Below, in pieces: positions 41,563 to 51,802 of a stretch of 64,000 bases of DNA. Position numbers and translations under genes: made by a program. Origin of the DNA: Candidatus Poribacteria bacterium (GTDB lineage: Bacteria; Poribacteria; WGA-4E; WGA-3G); contig CAXXUA010000013.1 of the NCBI GenBank assembly GCA_963663765.2, forward strand, positions 1 through 64,000, given 5' to 3'. The notes under the pieces are model-generated. The model worked only from the letters and a program-made list of their open reading frames with translations. It ran no database searches and had not been told where the DNA came from. Each line of letters starts with the position of its first letter. The stretch's first letter is position 1.

Positions 41563-43776
41563 CTATTCTTCAGAGGCAGCAACCGTATTCCCAAATGCTT
41601 GTGCAACAATCACCAAATCCTGAATATTGACAATCCCATCGCCGTTGAGATCCGGTGCCGCTTCGCCAAACGAATTTGCCACAATCACCAAATCCTGAAT
41701 ATTGACAACACCGTCCATGTTCACATCTTCAGTCAGTGGTAAAGGTGTAATATCCCACAAAAGCACCGTGCCATCACCGCTGCCACTTGCGATTTTTTCT
41801 CCATCTGGGCTGAACGCAACGCTATTGACATTATCCCTATGCCCCGTGATTGTGCGGAGATGTTGTCCCGTGTCTGCGTCCCACAAGCGGACGGTGCCGC
41901 CGCGCAAACGGATGTCCCCACTGCCGCTTGCGATTTTTTTTCCATCTGGGCTAAACGCAACACTATAGACAGGCCTCGTATGTCCTGTTAGGGTGTGGAT
42001 GTGTTCTCCCGTTTCTGCGTCCCACAAACGGATGGTGCTGTCAAAACTGCCGCTTGCGATTTTTTTTCCATCTGGGCTGAACGCAACGCTATAGACAGGC
42101 CTCGTATGCCCTGTGATTGTACGGAGCTGCTCGCCCGTGTCTGCGTCCCACAAGCGGATGGTATCGTCGTCACTTCCGCTTACTATTTTTTTTCCATCTG
42201 GGCTGAACGCAACGCTATAAACATCATTTATATGCCCAGTGAGTGTGTGGATGTGTTCTCCTGTGTCTGCGTCCCACAAACGGAGCGTTCTGTCGTCACT
42301 TCCGCTTACTATTTTTTTTCCATCTGGGCTGAACGCAACGCTATTGACATACCTCGTATGCCCATCCGGGTCGAAACCGCCGACAAACGGATCCCCATTG
42401 ATTGTGCGGAGATGTTCGTCCGTGCCTACGTCCCACAAGACGATGGTCTTATAACTTCCGTATACGATTGTTTTCCCATCTGGACTGAACGCAACGCTAC
42501 GAATTGTATACCAATTCCCCCCACGGAGGCCGATCAAGTGTCCTGTGTCTGTGTCCCATAAACTGAAGTTTTGGTCTTCACCTCCGCTTGCGATTTTTTT
42601 TCCATCTGGGCTGAACGCAATGCTATTGACAGGCCCCGTATGCTCTCTGATTGTGCGGATATGTTCGCCCGTGTCTGCGTCCCAAAATTTGAGGGTGCCG
42701 TCATCACTGCCGCTTGCGATTTTTTTTCCATCTGGGCTGAACGCAACGCTATAAACATCATTTGTATGCCCAGTGAGTGTGTGGAGGTGTTCTCCTGAGT
42801 CTGCGTCCCACAAACGGAGCGTTCTGTCGTCACTTCCGCTTACTATTTTTTTTCCATCCGGGCTGAACGCAACGCTATTGACATCTCTCGTATGCTCTCT
42901 GATTGTCCGGATATGTTCTCCCGTTTCTGCGTCCCAAAATTTGAGGGTGCCATCGGAATCGCCGCTTGCGATTTTTTTTCCATCCGGGCTAAATTCGACG
43001 CTACGGACCGTACTACCCGTACGCCCTATGAGCGTTTGGAGAATTTTTCCTGTGTTCGTATCCCAGATATAGATGTCCGAATATGGATACTCGCTTGCGA
43101 CTGTTTTGCTATCTGGACTGAATGTTACACTCCCATATATCACATGCGTTATACTATGCGGTGCCCTGAGAATTGTTCTTTTGCCTGTGTCCACATCCCA
43201 CAGAATGTACCCCATGAAGATGCCGTGAACGTGATTGAAGCTTGCGAGTTTTTTGCCATCCGGGCTAAATTCTAGGTATCGAATAGGATGTGGGGTACCC
43301 GTGTACTGATCCTGTCTAATGGTGCGGATGAGTTTGCCTGTGTCCACATCCCACAGATGGATAGTGTATCTACCATTTTCCAAATCATCTTCACTGCTAC
43401 TTGCGATTGTTTTTCCATCCGGACTTAACGCGACAGTAGTGCCCCTTCCAGGCTCTGCGATCTCCAGAATGTGTGTGGCGGGGCGCAGGTGTTGTCCTGT
43501 GTCCGCATCATCCCACAAGATGATGCCCTTTTGTCCTGTGAGTAGGTCAAGTTCCTCACCCGTTTGTGCGTCGTAGAGCCAAATGCCGAGAGCACTAGAC
43601 ACCGCAAGCCGCGTGCCATCCGGAGAATATTCAATATTGTAAATTACGCTTTTACCGAGTCGCAGGACGGCTCCATCGGGTAGATGCCAGTGTGGTGAAT
43701 TTTGGGCAAAGGTGTTGGGTATAAATGTAAGCATCGTAAACAAAACGACTAAAATTAAAAATAATTTGGATTTCAT
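41563..43776 (-). CDS. Secreted WD40-repeat protein with C-terminal dockerin-like domain
   Basis: Signal peptide; many SVAFSPDGKKIASGS..LWD repeats; EDVNMDGVVNIQDLVIVA..DLNGDGIVNIQDLVIVA. Confidence 0.92.
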   Translation of the reverse strand: MKSKLFLILVVLFTMLTFIPNTFAQNSPHWHLPDGAVLRLGKSVIYNIEYSPDGTRLAVSSALGIWLYDAQTGEELDLLTGQKGIILWDDADTGQHLRPATHILEIAEPGRGTTVALSPDGKTIASSSEDDLENGRYTIHLWDVDTGKLIRTIRQDQYTGTPHPIRYLEFSPDGKKLASFNHVHGIFMGYILWDVDTGKRTILRAPHSITHVIYGSVTFSPDSKTVASEYPYSDIYIWDTNTGKILQTLIGRTGSTVRSVEFSPDGKKIASGDSDGTLKFWDAETGEHIRTIREHTRDVNSVAFSPDGKKIVSGSDDRTLRLWDADSGEHLHTLTGHTNDVYSVAFSPDGKKIASGSDDGTLKFWDADTGEHIRTIREHTGPVNSIAFSPDGKKIASGGEDQNFSLWDTDTGHLIGLRGGNWYTIRSVAFSPDGKTIVYGSYKTIVLWDVGTDEHLRTINGDPFVGGFDPDGHTRYVNSVAFSPDGKKIVSGSDDRTLRLWDADTGEHIHTLTGHINDVYSVAFSPDGKKIVSGSDDDTIRLWDADTGEQLRTITGHTRPVYSVAFSPDGKKIASGSFDSTIRLWDAETGEHIHTLTGHTRPVYSVAFSPDGKKIASGSGDIRLRGGTVRLWDADTGQHLRTITGHRDNVNSVAFSPDGEKIASGSGDGTVLLWDITPLPLTEDVNMDGVVNIQDLVIVANSFGEAAPDLNGDGIVNIQDLVIVAQAFGNTVAASEE

Positions 43777-44047
43777 TATAGTGTTCTCCTTTTAAAGACA
43801 AGACAGATAAAGACAGGACAGACGCATTTTCCCTTTAAGGTCCTCTTCCCCACTTTCGGGGGGTTAAAAGGGGACTTTTTAGGAAAATGTGACTGTTCCA
43901 GCTCACGTCGCGTCAGTCCTGAAAGATATGAATATAGTGTAAAAGGTTATTTCTTGTCTTATGTCTTTACAGTTTTCACTGGAGCAAATTTGAGACTCAG
44001 CCTCCACCTATGCCGTGTCATTGTAGACACAGGGATAGACTGGCGGA

Positions 44048-45742
44048 CTACTGTGAAGAAGTAGCAACCGTATTCCCAAACGCATCTGCTACAAGATTCA
44101 AGTCCGTCTCATTCACTTTACCATCCGCGTTAACATCTTCAGGAATGGCTCTTATAAGACTTGAACCCAATTCTGATACGACCCGGATAAGGTCCAAAAT
44201 ATTGACAACTCCGTCCGCATTCACATCTTCTCGAAGACTGGTAAAACACACGGATCCCGTAGTCGTCATTGCGTTAGCAACCCTCACTAAATCAAGTATA
44301 TTAACAGCGTCGTCACCGTTAACATTGGCAATATGCGGGACACTTGTGCCGAAGTTTAACGCAATAATGACTAAGTCTGAAGCATTAACAACACCGTCCG
44401 CATTCACATCTTCCACTTGGCGTGCACGTATTCCCACCCCCTCCACATAGATTCTATCAACATAATAGGCGTTGTAATCTGCTATCCGTGGCCAGAAGTA
44501 ACCATCAAATACTAAATTATAGTCACCATTATGATGACTCGCAAATACATTTTCATGGTGAACCACATCATCAGGTAGGTTCCACATGTAGCAGTTGAGA
44601 TCATCCAAGCATGGACAGTGCCCGAGATTAACAGCGTGCCCGATCTCATGGGCAATGACAGCATTTATATAATCTGTTCTTATAGTATTTAAATCATCGT
44701 CTTTATAATAATACGATAACCGTTCGGTGTAGATGGTCCCCAATGAGTTTACTGATGGAGGTCCCACATACATACTTCCCAGACGATTATCTATAACATT
44801 ATCATCTTCAACATTATCATCTTCGTCCAGTTCCACTTCGGCTGTATCCTGCTGAAGTCTAATGGCGTAAACGCTTGGAGATGGCCCACCGCTTCCACCT
44901 GCGATTTCATAAGGAAAGACGTATCCATCAACCATATTCACCCACGGTGCTTCGTGAATAGTCATTGGTAAAGCGTACGCACCGCTGATGCTATATGCCA
45001 TAGCGAGATCAGGACCGATTTTGACGAAGACATCCCATCCATTTGGATCGGTATCTGTCAAACTCTCGTTGACATGGAAACCTCGGTACTCATTGATGAC
45101 AGTGATATTATCGCCAGTCCTTGTATTGGGGCCCGTATCGTTATCGTCATCGCGCCCATAGTTCATGGTTGCGTCGTTTTGCCAGCAGTCGGCGATTTGA
45201 TTCCCATTATCATCTTTGGGAATTTTGACAGTGGCGGTGTTGGAGGTATAGCCGGATCCGGATGCAGTCAATGCTAATTCGCCATAAGCGGCAGAGTCGT
45301 AACAATTAACAGTAAGGTTTATTGACTTCTTATTCGTTCCGTTGAGCGCGTAGCTAAGCTGACTTTCGCTTCCAGTCCAATTCGTCGTTTCATCAAGTCC
45401 TAGATCTGGAGCTATTGTTAACGCGCCGGTTGTAGCATCGAGTTTGTCATTTGGGTCAGATACATTTCCACTCTTACCTGCATACTGAGTCACATTCTGG
45501 AGAGTTGCGACAAGTTTACCACTATTGAAATCAGTAGGAACGGTGATCTCTATTGCAAACGTCAGATCGTTACTAATGTCTGGTTCGTTACTAATGTCTG
45601 GTCTCCAATTTTGAAGCAAGGTTTCATGGTTTGTCACTGCAATCTCAATGGATGGTGTTTGTTGTGCTACAAGTTTGGTGTTTCCGGGGGTAAAAAGGCA
45701 TAGGAGGCATAAGATGCCGAGTAAAATATATGTGAATTTCAT
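44048..45742 (-). CDS. Secreted metzincin-like zinc metallopeptidase with two dockerin-like domains
   Basis: Signal peptide; AHEIGHAVNLGH...CYM (Met-turn); four DVNADG-x-VN-x-x-DL type repeats. Confidence 0.8.
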   Translation of the reverse strand: MKFTYILLGILCLLCLFTPGNTKLVAQQTPSIEIAVTNHETLLQNWRPDISNEPDISNDLTFAIEITVPTDFNSGKLVATLQNVTQYAGKSGNVSDPNDKLDATTGALTIAPDLGLDETTNWTGSESQLSYALNGTNKKSINLTVNCYDSAAYGELALTASGSGYTSNTATVKIPKDDNGNQIADCWQNDATMNYGRDDDNDTGPNTRTGDNITVINEYRGFHVNESLTDTDPNGWDVFVKIGPDLAMAYSISGAYALPMTIHEAPWVNMVDGYVFPYEIAGGSGGPSPSVYAIRLQQDTAEVELDEDDNVEDDNVIDNRLGSMYVGPPSVNSLGTIYTERLSYYYKDDDLNTIRTDYINAVIAHEIGHAVNLGHCPCLDDLNCYMWNLPDDVVHHENVFASHHNGDYNLVFDGYFWPRIADYNAYYVDRIYVEGVGIRARQVEDVNADGVVNASDLVIIALNFGTSVPHIANVNGDDAVNILDLVRVANAMTTTGSVCFTSLREDVNADGVVNILDLIRVVSELGSSLIRAIPEDVNADGKVNETDLNLVADAFGNTVATSSQ

Positions 45743-45874
45743 AATGATTCTCCTTCTTTGATAGTTAAATCAATAACAGTTAAACATTTTCTTTCATTTT
45801 GGTGCGGTTAGGAAACCGCACCTACCGTGGTTGGGATTTTTTGTTAGGAACAGTTCGAAACATAGAACTCCTTT

Positions 45875-47389
45875 TCACTTCCTGTTTTGCGGATTATTGC
45901 GGCGAGGGGGTCGTCTTTCTTCAATAAGACGTTCCATCTGTTCCGCAAGTTCAGGGTCTTTTTCCTTAAGCCGTTGCAAGCCTTCTTCGGGACCGTATCG
46001 TTCAATCATTTCAAAAGCGCGGACAGTACGTTCTGGTGCAAACAGAGGATCGCCGCCCTTGAGATGTGCAGCAAACTCCTTGGAAAGGAAGTCATCAAAG
46101 TCAATAGACTCCTCAGCGTTCATGATACTCTCTGCCCATTTGAGGAATTTCTCAAATTCCTGCTGTGCGGTTGTTTGCTGTCGTTGGAATTCTGTGCGTG
46201 CAGCTTCGGCACGTGCAGCTTTTCGACTTTCCTTATCTGTTAGTTGATTTTCCGATGTGTCATGCTCTTCAGGTGGGAGTTCCGGGATCCAAGGGGTTTC
46301 TTGATCAACTGGGGCAAACGATTCTTCGTGTGTCATCTCTCCGATATCTATTAGCATTTCATCGAATTCGGGTATCAAGGAAGGTGTGCGCGAAATCGGT
46401 TTATATAATGGTTTGCCCATTTCAATCGCGCGTTTACGCAGTTCAGTCAAACCACTGTTCAGTATCGTTTGCTGCTTTCTGTAGTAAAGCCATGCGGTTT
46501 TGAGATCTCCGAGTCGCTCGGATGCCAACCCTAACCCTAAATATCCGAGTGTAGCGTCAAGACTGTTCACCTTCTTTAGGTACTGAATCGCCTCTTCTGG
46601 ATAGTCATAATGCAATCGGTGTCCTAATGCACTAAGGGCACGAAGATTCTCAGGGTCCCTGTTAACGATCTCTCGGTAACCAGCTGCTGCTATAACGTTG
46701 TCCGGTTCTGTACTTAGCAGCACCAGTTGTGCATCTGTGTTGTCTGGGTCCCTGGCAAGCACACGTCTCGCGTAAGTTTCTCTGTATTCCTGAGGTGCAT
46801 TTACTTTATAGAGGTAGTCTATAGCGCGACGGGTTTCCAGCTTATCTAAAATGAGAGGATTATAGATTCCGTGTGTTTCAAGGAAGACTACAGCGTCCTC
46901 TGGTAACATATCGCCAACGAGAACCTCATATTCTCTTTCATAGGCTTCCACTGTGATAACGTTTTCGCCACCCACCACCTCATACCGGGTACCTGCGATA
47001 ATCATTTCCTGATATATCCGGTTGAGACGTGCCTGAAGATGTGTTGGCAGGGGTGCGGGGTGTGGTAAAATGGCACAAGTGATGGGAAGCGGAGGACCAC
47101 TGTTCTTCAACACAAGGTTTTGGCGGGTATTCGTCTTGGTACGCGCGCGTTTGATTTTTGGCGTTGTGTCGTGAGGTGTATCGTGCCATTCGTCTCCGTG
47201 CCAGTGTCCGCCAGGTGCTGCACCGGGTGGAGGTGGTTTTGTGGTGTGGTGGGTGCCATCATCTGCTACTTCTGATGTTGTGCCCTGGGTCAGCCCATTG
47301 TAAATAAAGAGTCCGATGTAGAGCAACACAAGTGCGCCAAGTGCACCGAGTAGAAAAGATTTCCAAAAGTCTCTTATAAATGTCATCAT
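45875..47389 (-). CDS. Membrane-anchored protein with TPR-like region and His/Trp-rich motif
   Basis: N-terminal TM; PPPPGAAPGGHWHGDEWHDTPH; RDPDN/RDPEN..AL..LG..EEAI-x-YLKK TPR-like helices. Confidence 0.75.
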   Translation of the reverse strand: MMTFIRDFWKSFLLGALGALVLLYIGLFIYNGLTQGTTSEVADDGTHHTTKPPPPGAAPGGHWHGDEWHDTPHDTTPKIKRARTKTNTRQNLVLKNSGPPLPITCAILPHPAPLPTHLQARLNRIYQEMIIAGTRYEVVGGENVITVEAYEREYEVLVGDMLPEDAVVFLETHGIYNPLILDKLETRRAIDYLYKVNAPQEYRETYARRVLARDPDNTDAQLVLLSTEPDNVIAAAGYREIVNRDPENLRALSALGHRLHYDYPEEAIQYLKKVNSLDATLGYLGLGLASERLGDLKTAWLYYRKQQTILNSGLTELRKRAIEMGKPLYKPISRTPSLIPEFDEMLIDIGEMTHEESFAPVDQETPWIPELPPEEHDTSENQLTDKESRKAARAEAARTEFQRQQTTAQQEFEKFLKWAESIMNAEESIDFDDFLSKEFAAHLKGGDPLFAPERTVRAFEMIERYGPEEGLQRLKEKDPELAEQMERLIEERRPPRRNNPQNRK

Positions 47390-47989
47390 ATCCGTTCTCC
47401 TTTATTTGTTGTATCCATATATGGGATGTATTCTAATAATTTACTGGATGATCAGTGGGATTCTGTCTTGTGTCCATTCACTTGAATACCAAACAAGACA
47501 GCAACACTCGCAAAGACAATAGTGATGTTTCTTTAGTTGATGGTAGTTGATTTTCTCTGTAAATAAATTTCTTTATCTAAAAATTGTCAACAATGTAAAT
47601 CTTAAGTTAGAAATCATGCAACACATAGATAATCTATATAACAATAAGCATATATTAACTGACTGACTGCAAATCTTTGTTTTTGATGGATAACAATGCA
47701 ACCTAATCATAACCATATAATATCATTAAGTATATTATTGCATAGTTTATAATATAAATCTGACTTTATATGATTATATTATCTTATGCAAAAAAAAATC
47801 AAGTTAATTTTGAGAAAAATAGAATATTTTGTGGAATTTAGACAAAAAATCGTGAAATATGCTGAAATTGTTTGGACATGGCAGATAAAATTGGACAAAT
47901 TTGTGTATTTGATTCTGATTACGCTACTGGTTTAGTTCAGCAATTCCTGCAGTGTTTGTGAACGGTATTCAAATATCTTTTCTATCGTG

Positions 47990-48267
47990 AGTTTGGACAG
48001 TTTTTTTAGGCGTGATGCTTTTCATTTTCATTTTGAATCTCGTGCTAAAACACATTTCGCCCTCTGTGGCTTGGAGTGGGACTGGTAATGATCTATACAC
48101 ATTCCGTCCTTCTGTGACCGCCACTTTGATCTCTGATATATTTTCGTTGAGTTACAGCACTGTCTGAAACTCATAGAAAAAGAATTCTTTTGTCAATATT
48201 GGCAGCACCTGCGGTGTGAAAGGTGTAAAAAACATTTACAAACGAAAACACGAAAACTGTCCAAACT
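47990..48267. mobile_element. MITE-like element, TIR AGTTTGGACAGTTTT
   Basis: agtttggacagtttt (47990-48004) / aaaactgtccaaact (48253-48267), perfect 15 bp. Confidence 0.55.
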
Positions 48268-48459
48268 ACCTTGTTTTTGTCCTATGAATGTGGAAAACCA
48301 TACCAACTATGAGCGAACACAAACCCATACCCGCATTGAGAAAATAACACCTCAAAAGGTAGCACAGAACTTGTACGGACCTTTTAAAGAAAAAGTAAAC
48401 AAAAACTACGATTTTTACCGCTTTTTCCGACACCAAAGATGCCTTGAAAATGTTGGTGC

Positions 48460-48603
48460 CTAGTGCTTAGTCAACATACTATTGTAGGTCGCGATTCGGA
48501 GATCGCTCCTACAGAAGTCTTGTGTATTGTGTGTATTGTAGGAGGGAACTCCGATTCCCGACTACTTTTTAGACCCATCAATAAACAGTTGACTAAGCAC
48601 TAG
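48460..48603. mobile_element. CTAG-targeting MITE with REP cargo
   Basis: ctagtgcttagtcaac / gttgactaagcactag perfect IR; contains tgtaggtcgcgattcggagatcgctcctaca and tgtaggagggaactccgattcccga. Confidence 0.75.
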
Positions 48604-49860
48604 TAGATAGTCCAGACTAAAAGTTTGTATTTATTTTTTTGTTTCTTAGTATCTTGACAAACAAGAGATTTTCTCTTATAGTATAGCAAAACTTAAGGAG
48701 GAACACAACCTTGACTAAGAAATATGTTGTAAAACTCACTGATTCGGAGCGGCAGGAGTTGTTAGATTGTATAAACACAGGTAAAAAAGAGGCGTATAAG
48801 ATAAGGAATGCTCATATTTTGCTGAAATCAGATGTCAATGGCCCCGGTTGGACTGATGGGAAAATAGCTGAAGCGTATGAGTGCACTGATAGGACAGTCG
48901 CGAAAGTGCGTAAGCGTTTTGCTGAAGGTGGTTTTTCTCGTGTCTTATTTCGTGCTAAGCGAGAGCATCCTCCCACACCTCGTAAACTTGATGGTGAAGC
49001 TGAAGCCCACTTGATAGCACTGAGTTGTAGCGAACCTCCCGAAGGTGCTGCTAAATGGACTTTACGCCTACTTGCGTCAGAATTGGTAAGACTTGAAATC
49101 GTGGAAAACATTTCTCCAGAAACGGTAAGACAGACACTAAAAAAAAACGCTTTGAAGCCACACCTTCAGCAACAATGGGTGATCCCCCCTGAAAAAGATG
49201 CTGAGTTTGTAAAGTCGATGGAAGAAGTGCTTGATCTTTACCAGAAACCTTTGGATACAGAAATACCTATTGTGAACATGGACGAACAATCTGTCACGCT
49301 TAGGGATGATGTTCGGGATCCGCATCCTGTGAAACCGGGGCAAGTCAAGCGTATAGATAATGAGTATAAACGCAAAGGTACGGCAAATATCTTCCTATTC
49401 ACAGAAGCATTATCGGGATGGAGGCGTGTGTCTGTTCGGACGCACGGAAAGACAGAGGATTGGGCATGGGCAGAAGAAGTAAAAATACTATTGGATCAGG
49501 ACTACCCTTTAGCAGAAAGTGTGATTTTAGTTTGTGACAACCTGAATATACACAAACTTTCGTCGCTCAATAAAGTGTTTGGAGATGAGGAAGCAAATAG
49601 GTTGCGTAAGCGTTTAGAAATCGTGCATACGCCAGTACATGGGAGTTGGTTGAATATAGCGGAAATAGAACTGAGTGTCCTTACGCGTCAATGTTTGTGT
49701 CGGCGTATCCCAGATATAGAGACACTCCGTAGAGAGACACAAGCCTGGCAAAAACGGCGAAATGCAGAGCAAAAGCAGGTAGACTGGCAATTTACAACGG
49801 ACGATGCGCGCGTACGATTAAAACATCTATACCCGAACAATTAGTCTGGACTATCTACTA
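48601..49860 (+). mobile_element. Intact IS630-family insertion sequence
   Basis: Perfect IR ctagtagatagtccagactaa / ttagtctggactatctactag with TA (CTAG) target; internal promoter TTGACA-17-TATAGT at 48654-48682. Confidence 0.93.
48711..49844 (+). CDS. IS630-family transposase
   Basis: HTH region, WTLRLLA, MDE, EYKRKGT, CDNLN-x-H, TPVHGSWLNIAE, WQFTT-x-DAR-x-x-LKHLYP. Confidence 0.95.
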   Translation: MTKKYVVKLTDSERQELLDCINTGKKEAYKIRNAHILLKSDVNGPGWTDGKIAEAYECTDRTVAKVRKRFAEGGFSRVLFRAKREHPPTPRKLDGEAEAHLIALSCSEPPEGAAKWTLRLLASELVRLEIVENISPETVRQTLKKNALKPHLQQQWVIPPEKDAEFVKSMEEVLDLYQKPLDTEIPIVNMDEQSVTLRDDVRDPHPVKPGQVKRIDNEYKRKGTANIFLFTEALSGWRRVSVRTHGKTEDWAWAEEVKILLDQDYPLAESVILVCDNLNIHKLSSLNKVFGDEEANRLRKRLEIVHTPVHGSWLNIAEIELSVLTRQCLCRRIPDIETLRRETQAWQKRRNAEQKQVDWQFTTDDARVRLKHLYPNN

Positions 49861-49884
49861 GTTATGATGAGGGTTTCAAAGGTA

Positions 49885-50003
49885 GGGAATCGTGATTTGA
49901 GACCATTCGATCCCTTTTGAAATCAGATAGGGACTGGGATTGATACCCTCTCATTGATCAACTGGATCCCGATATGTTTGGACGAAAACAAGGAAACTAT
50001 AGT
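49885..50003. repeat. Second copy of the element right end seen at 41213-41331
   Basis: ~120 bp near-identical, ending ttggacgaaaacaaggaaactatagt; partial left end ccttgtttttgtcc at 48269. Confidence 0.8.
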
Positions 50004-50059
50004 AATTTTATATGTTATACCATTTTCATGTGATAATGTCTCATTAGCAGCGAAAATCT

Positions 50060-50103
50060 GGTAGGAGCGACCTCCCGGTCGCGACCGGGAGGTCGCTCCT
50101 ACC
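50060..50103. repeat. Perfect 44-bp palindrome made of two fused REPs
   Basis: ggtaggagcgacctcccggtcgcgaccgggaggtcgctcctacc. Confidence 0.9.
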
Positions 50104-50524
50104 GAAGAGAGTAACCCCCTGCCAGTAAATAGTAGAATTCCTTAATGAGACAAGATTTATTTGAATTAGTACTATACTATATTTAACATATTGTTTTAGT
50201 GTTAGATCAATATTACATCTACCGAAAATATAGGTGTGAATCAAATGAATTTATCACCAATCAACAGGAAACAAAAAACTACAAAATTACTCAAAAATTA
50301 TATGTCAAAAATGCAGAATTTCAAAATAATCTAAAATGTTACACTTTTCCAAGAGATATTTTTTTGAAATTCACAAAAAAATATCTCTAACCCTTACTAC
50401 ATCTGGGATAACATCCATTTTAAAAAGTTACCAAAAAACGAAAAATGTTTTCATTTGAAAACATTTTAAGAAAATGATCATCCAGAAAAACAGATGAATT
50501 ATAATTAAAACCCTTCACAAAAAT

Positions 50525-51181
50525 CAATACCTTCGCCATTTTTAAGTGTTTCAATTGAATGAGTATATAGTGTTGATCTACCATTGCTCTGTGATATTGT
50601 TAGGATTACATAAATAAAAATAACTTCAGGTTTTCGTTGAAGTATTTTTAATTACAATAGCGTCTAATTTGACAATAGAAATGACTATATCAGCAATCTG
50701 TCAGAATGTCTATTATTGGCCAGGGTTATTTAGTTTTCAATATTTTAGATATTATTTTGCTATGTCGTTAATTTTATGGGGTACCATCTTGTCCAGTTCT
50801 TTAGTGGTTCACTCGCTAAACATTTATCATGTAGAGAACGGACAGAATAAACCCAAAAGCCCCTTCCCCCCGCTTTCGGGGGGAAGGGGGTGGATTTAGG
50901 GAATTTAAAACACAAATACTTAGCGAGTCAACCATTTAGTCCCGTAGGGACGATATGTTTATAGAAAATGTTTTCCACCCTAATTGAGTTCCGTAGGAAC
51001 GACATAGAAGAATAAACATATCGTCCCTACGGGACTAAAGAGCGATGTTCATGTTTCAATAATCTAAAACTGATGCAGAAAGTTCGTTTAGGAAATCGAA
51101 CCTTGGTATTAACTTTCAGTAAATCTCAATAACAGAAAACTCTTAAAACTAAATAACCCTGTATTATTGGCGAAGGTATTG
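50525..51181. mobile_element. MITE with TIR CAATACCTTCGCCA (copy 2) containing a nested ISAs1-like MITE
   Basis: 6-bp TSD aaaaat on both sides; nested element at 50721-51161. Confidence 0.85.
50721..51161. mobile_element. ISAs1-like MITE (CAGGG ends, 10-bp TSD)
   Basis: cagggttatttagtttt / aaaactaaataaccctg; tattattggc duplicated at 50711-50720 and 51162-51171. Confidence 0.85.
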
Positions 51182-51370
51182 AAAAATTAGATATAATAAA
51201 TACAAACTTTTCTACACAAATTTAGCATTGACATACAAATCTAAATTCCAGCATAAAAAATGAAATACTTGAAATATTAATACCTCTAACCAACTGTTTT
51301 CTTGTTGAATTATTTGTGTATTTATGTGAAACTATGATAATTCCATATACATATAGAGGAACAACAGAAA

Positions 51371-51784
51371 ATGAGCAGAAATGCATTGATAATTGATTTT
51401 GATAGACTGAAACCTATTGACCGAGGCACTGGTGTACGGACCGTCCCTTTAGCAGGTAAGTGGAACAATTCAACTTCACTCACCAACGGAATTACAATGT
51501 TTGAACCCGGTGCAGCAATTGCAAGACACTTCCATAACTGTGATGAATCCGTTACAATCCTTGAGGGGAAAGCACAATGCGAAGTTGACGGTGATGTCTT
51601 CACATTGCACACCTACGACACCACTTATGTTCCAACTGGAATTCCACATCGGTTTTGGAATGAAAGTAATGCACCAATGAAGATCTTGTGGACCTATGCG
51701 TCCGTTGATGTTACTCGCACTTTTACCGACACAGGTGAAACAGTCGCACATTTATCTGCAGGTGATCAAGCGGTTGTCTCCTAA
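51371..51784 (+). CDS. Cupin domain protein
   Basis: HFHNCDE...G, PTGIPHRFWN. Confidence 0.88.
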   Translation: MSRNALIIDFDRLKPIDRGTGVRTVPLAGKWNNSTSLTNGITMFEPGAAIARHFHNCDESVTILEGKAQCEVDGDVFTLHTYDTTYVPTGIPHRFWNESNAPMKILWTYASVDVTRTFTDTGETVAHLSAGDQAVVS

Positions 51785-51802
51785 ACTAAAGGATATATTA
51801 AA

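Noticed and set aside
41702-43634. Many antisense or alternate-frame ORFs over WD40, flotillin and other genes
   Set aside because: They are shadow ORFs of repetitive or biased real genes on the opposite strand or in another frame.
50044-50899. Short ORFs in the AT-rich/MITE region (also 29075-29287, 17129-17552, 40706-40915)
   Set aside because: They overlap REP/MITE sequence and lack RBS or recognisable motifs.
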